Shown piece by piece: positions 9,699 to 14,494 of a stretch of 14,494 bases of DNA (positions are counted from its first letter, which is position 1; every line of letters begins with the position of its first letter). Source of the DNA: Fonticula alba ATCC 38817 (lineage: Eukaryota > Protista > Nucleariida). The notes under the pieces were generated by a model that saw only the letters and a program-made list of their open reading frames with translations, made no database searches and was not told where the DNA came from. A program made the translations under genes and the position numbers. The stretch is taken from the NCBI GenBank assembly GCA_000388065.2, contig KB932202.1; one strand, 5' to 3'.

Positions 9699-9733
9699 CA
9701 CACATGCGCACACGCGCGCACACGCGCGCACAC
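9585..9733. repeat. 149-nt perfectly alternating pyrimidine-purine tract (CA/CG/TG)
   Basis: Direct reading: only CA, CG and TG steps in register, including two copies of cacatgcgcacacgcgc. Confidence 0.9.
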
Positions 9734-10283
9734 TCCGGGCGATCGGGATCAATCCCCAACGATATTTGCACACGCAAGATCGCCCCCCGAGGGATCGTGC
9801 AAGGCGGCCTCCTCCAGCGGGGGCGCATGTCCAGGCCGGAGAGAGGTAGGGCCGCTGGGTCTCTCGGGGCTCAGCCCTCCCCCCCCCTGCCCCCCGCCCC
9901 GTCCCACTCGAGGTGGCTTTCCCCACCACACAACGGCCACAACCAGAATGAGATTCAAAGATGGAGCACGGCACGCGAGAAAGTAACGGTGAAGTTGCGT
10001 GATCATGCGGTAAATGGGCATATAATCTGGTCATCCTGCTGCTGCCAATGGATTTGGGTCTCTGACACCACAAGCGGAGGGGGGCCTAGCCGGACACAGT
10101 CTGTCAGGCGCCTGGGGGCCGGGAGCCGAAACAAGGGAAGGGGGAGCGGCCACGGCGAGGGAGGGCAATGGGGGAGGGGGGAGCAGTGCCCAGTACGCCG
10201 GCCACCGGGGGCCACATTCCCTCGCGCCGGGTCCAGTATGGGGGCGCACGACGGAGAGATCAACAGGCAGCCCCCCCCCCCCC

Positions 10284-10293
10284 NNNNNNNNNN
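10284..10293. other. Assembly gap (10 N) next to a C13 run
   Basis: Run of N after the C homopolymer at 10271-10283. Confidence 0.99.
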
Positions 10294-10728
10294 CAGACAC
10301 AGACACATACCTGCAAACATAAATACACACATACATACATACATACATACAGGTGTGTACATCTCCCTGGATTTACGCTCGGCTTTCAGGAATCAAAAGA
10401 GCCAGTCCTCGGAGGGTCTGCTGCACAAGCCGGTTGCCGGTGAAAAAGAAAGCATGGGACATGCAGCAAAGGTGGAGGAACTTGAAAAGGGAAAGGGAGG
10501 AGGAATTATTATTCTAACACAAAGCCAGCTTAAAAACTGGAGGGGGCCTCCGCATGCATGCGCACTTCCTCCCGCCGCCTGCCAGCCCTCTAGCACGAGG
10601 GGAGGCAAAAGGCAGGGGGAGGAGAGGAGGAGAACACAAGGACAGGAGGAATACATATGCATAGACACACACACACACACACACAGATGGATGTGGATTG
10701 AGACACATGCGTTCGCGGGTGGCGGCAA

Positions 10729-14385
<3,657 letters not shown>

Positions 14386-14494
14386 CTGTATCCAGGAGGA
14401 AAGAGCCCCCGACGCATGGGGCAGGCGGAGTTAGGGCGCTTTGCGGGAGTTGCCGGGCGTGGGGCGCCAAGAAGGGGCAACACCCAAGGGGGGG

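Overview
GC-rich eukaryotic genomic window with short spliceosomal introns full of (CA)/(TG) microsatellites and C/G homopolymers, and three N gaps (4395-4560, 6867-7143, 10284-10293). The style is reminiscent of an amoeboid opisthokont such as Fonticula; that is inference, not an identification. I reconstructed four intron-containing genes by hand from GT-AG boundaries and frame continuity: a MEIOB-like OB-fold ssDNA-binding protein (minus, 508-3033), a TM2D2-like membrane protein (plus, 4610-6758), a mitochondrial-type serine hydroxymethyltransferase cut off by a gap (minus, 7262-8546) and MCM4 (minus, 10729-14385). Most striking: what look like the first two exons of MCM4 (start MSSP, Ser/Pro-rich, 9321-8588) lie downstream of the MCM4 stop codon. 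They end in a phase-0 donor that fits the orphan phase-0 acceptor at 14386, so the locus is permuted. Local misassembly at poly-C tracts is the most likely cause, but a real rearrangement cannot be excluded. Positions 50-458 hold a lower-GC, non-coding, densely self-pairing segment that I cannot assign to a known RNA family. Most ORFs in the supplied track are shadow frames or repeat translations.
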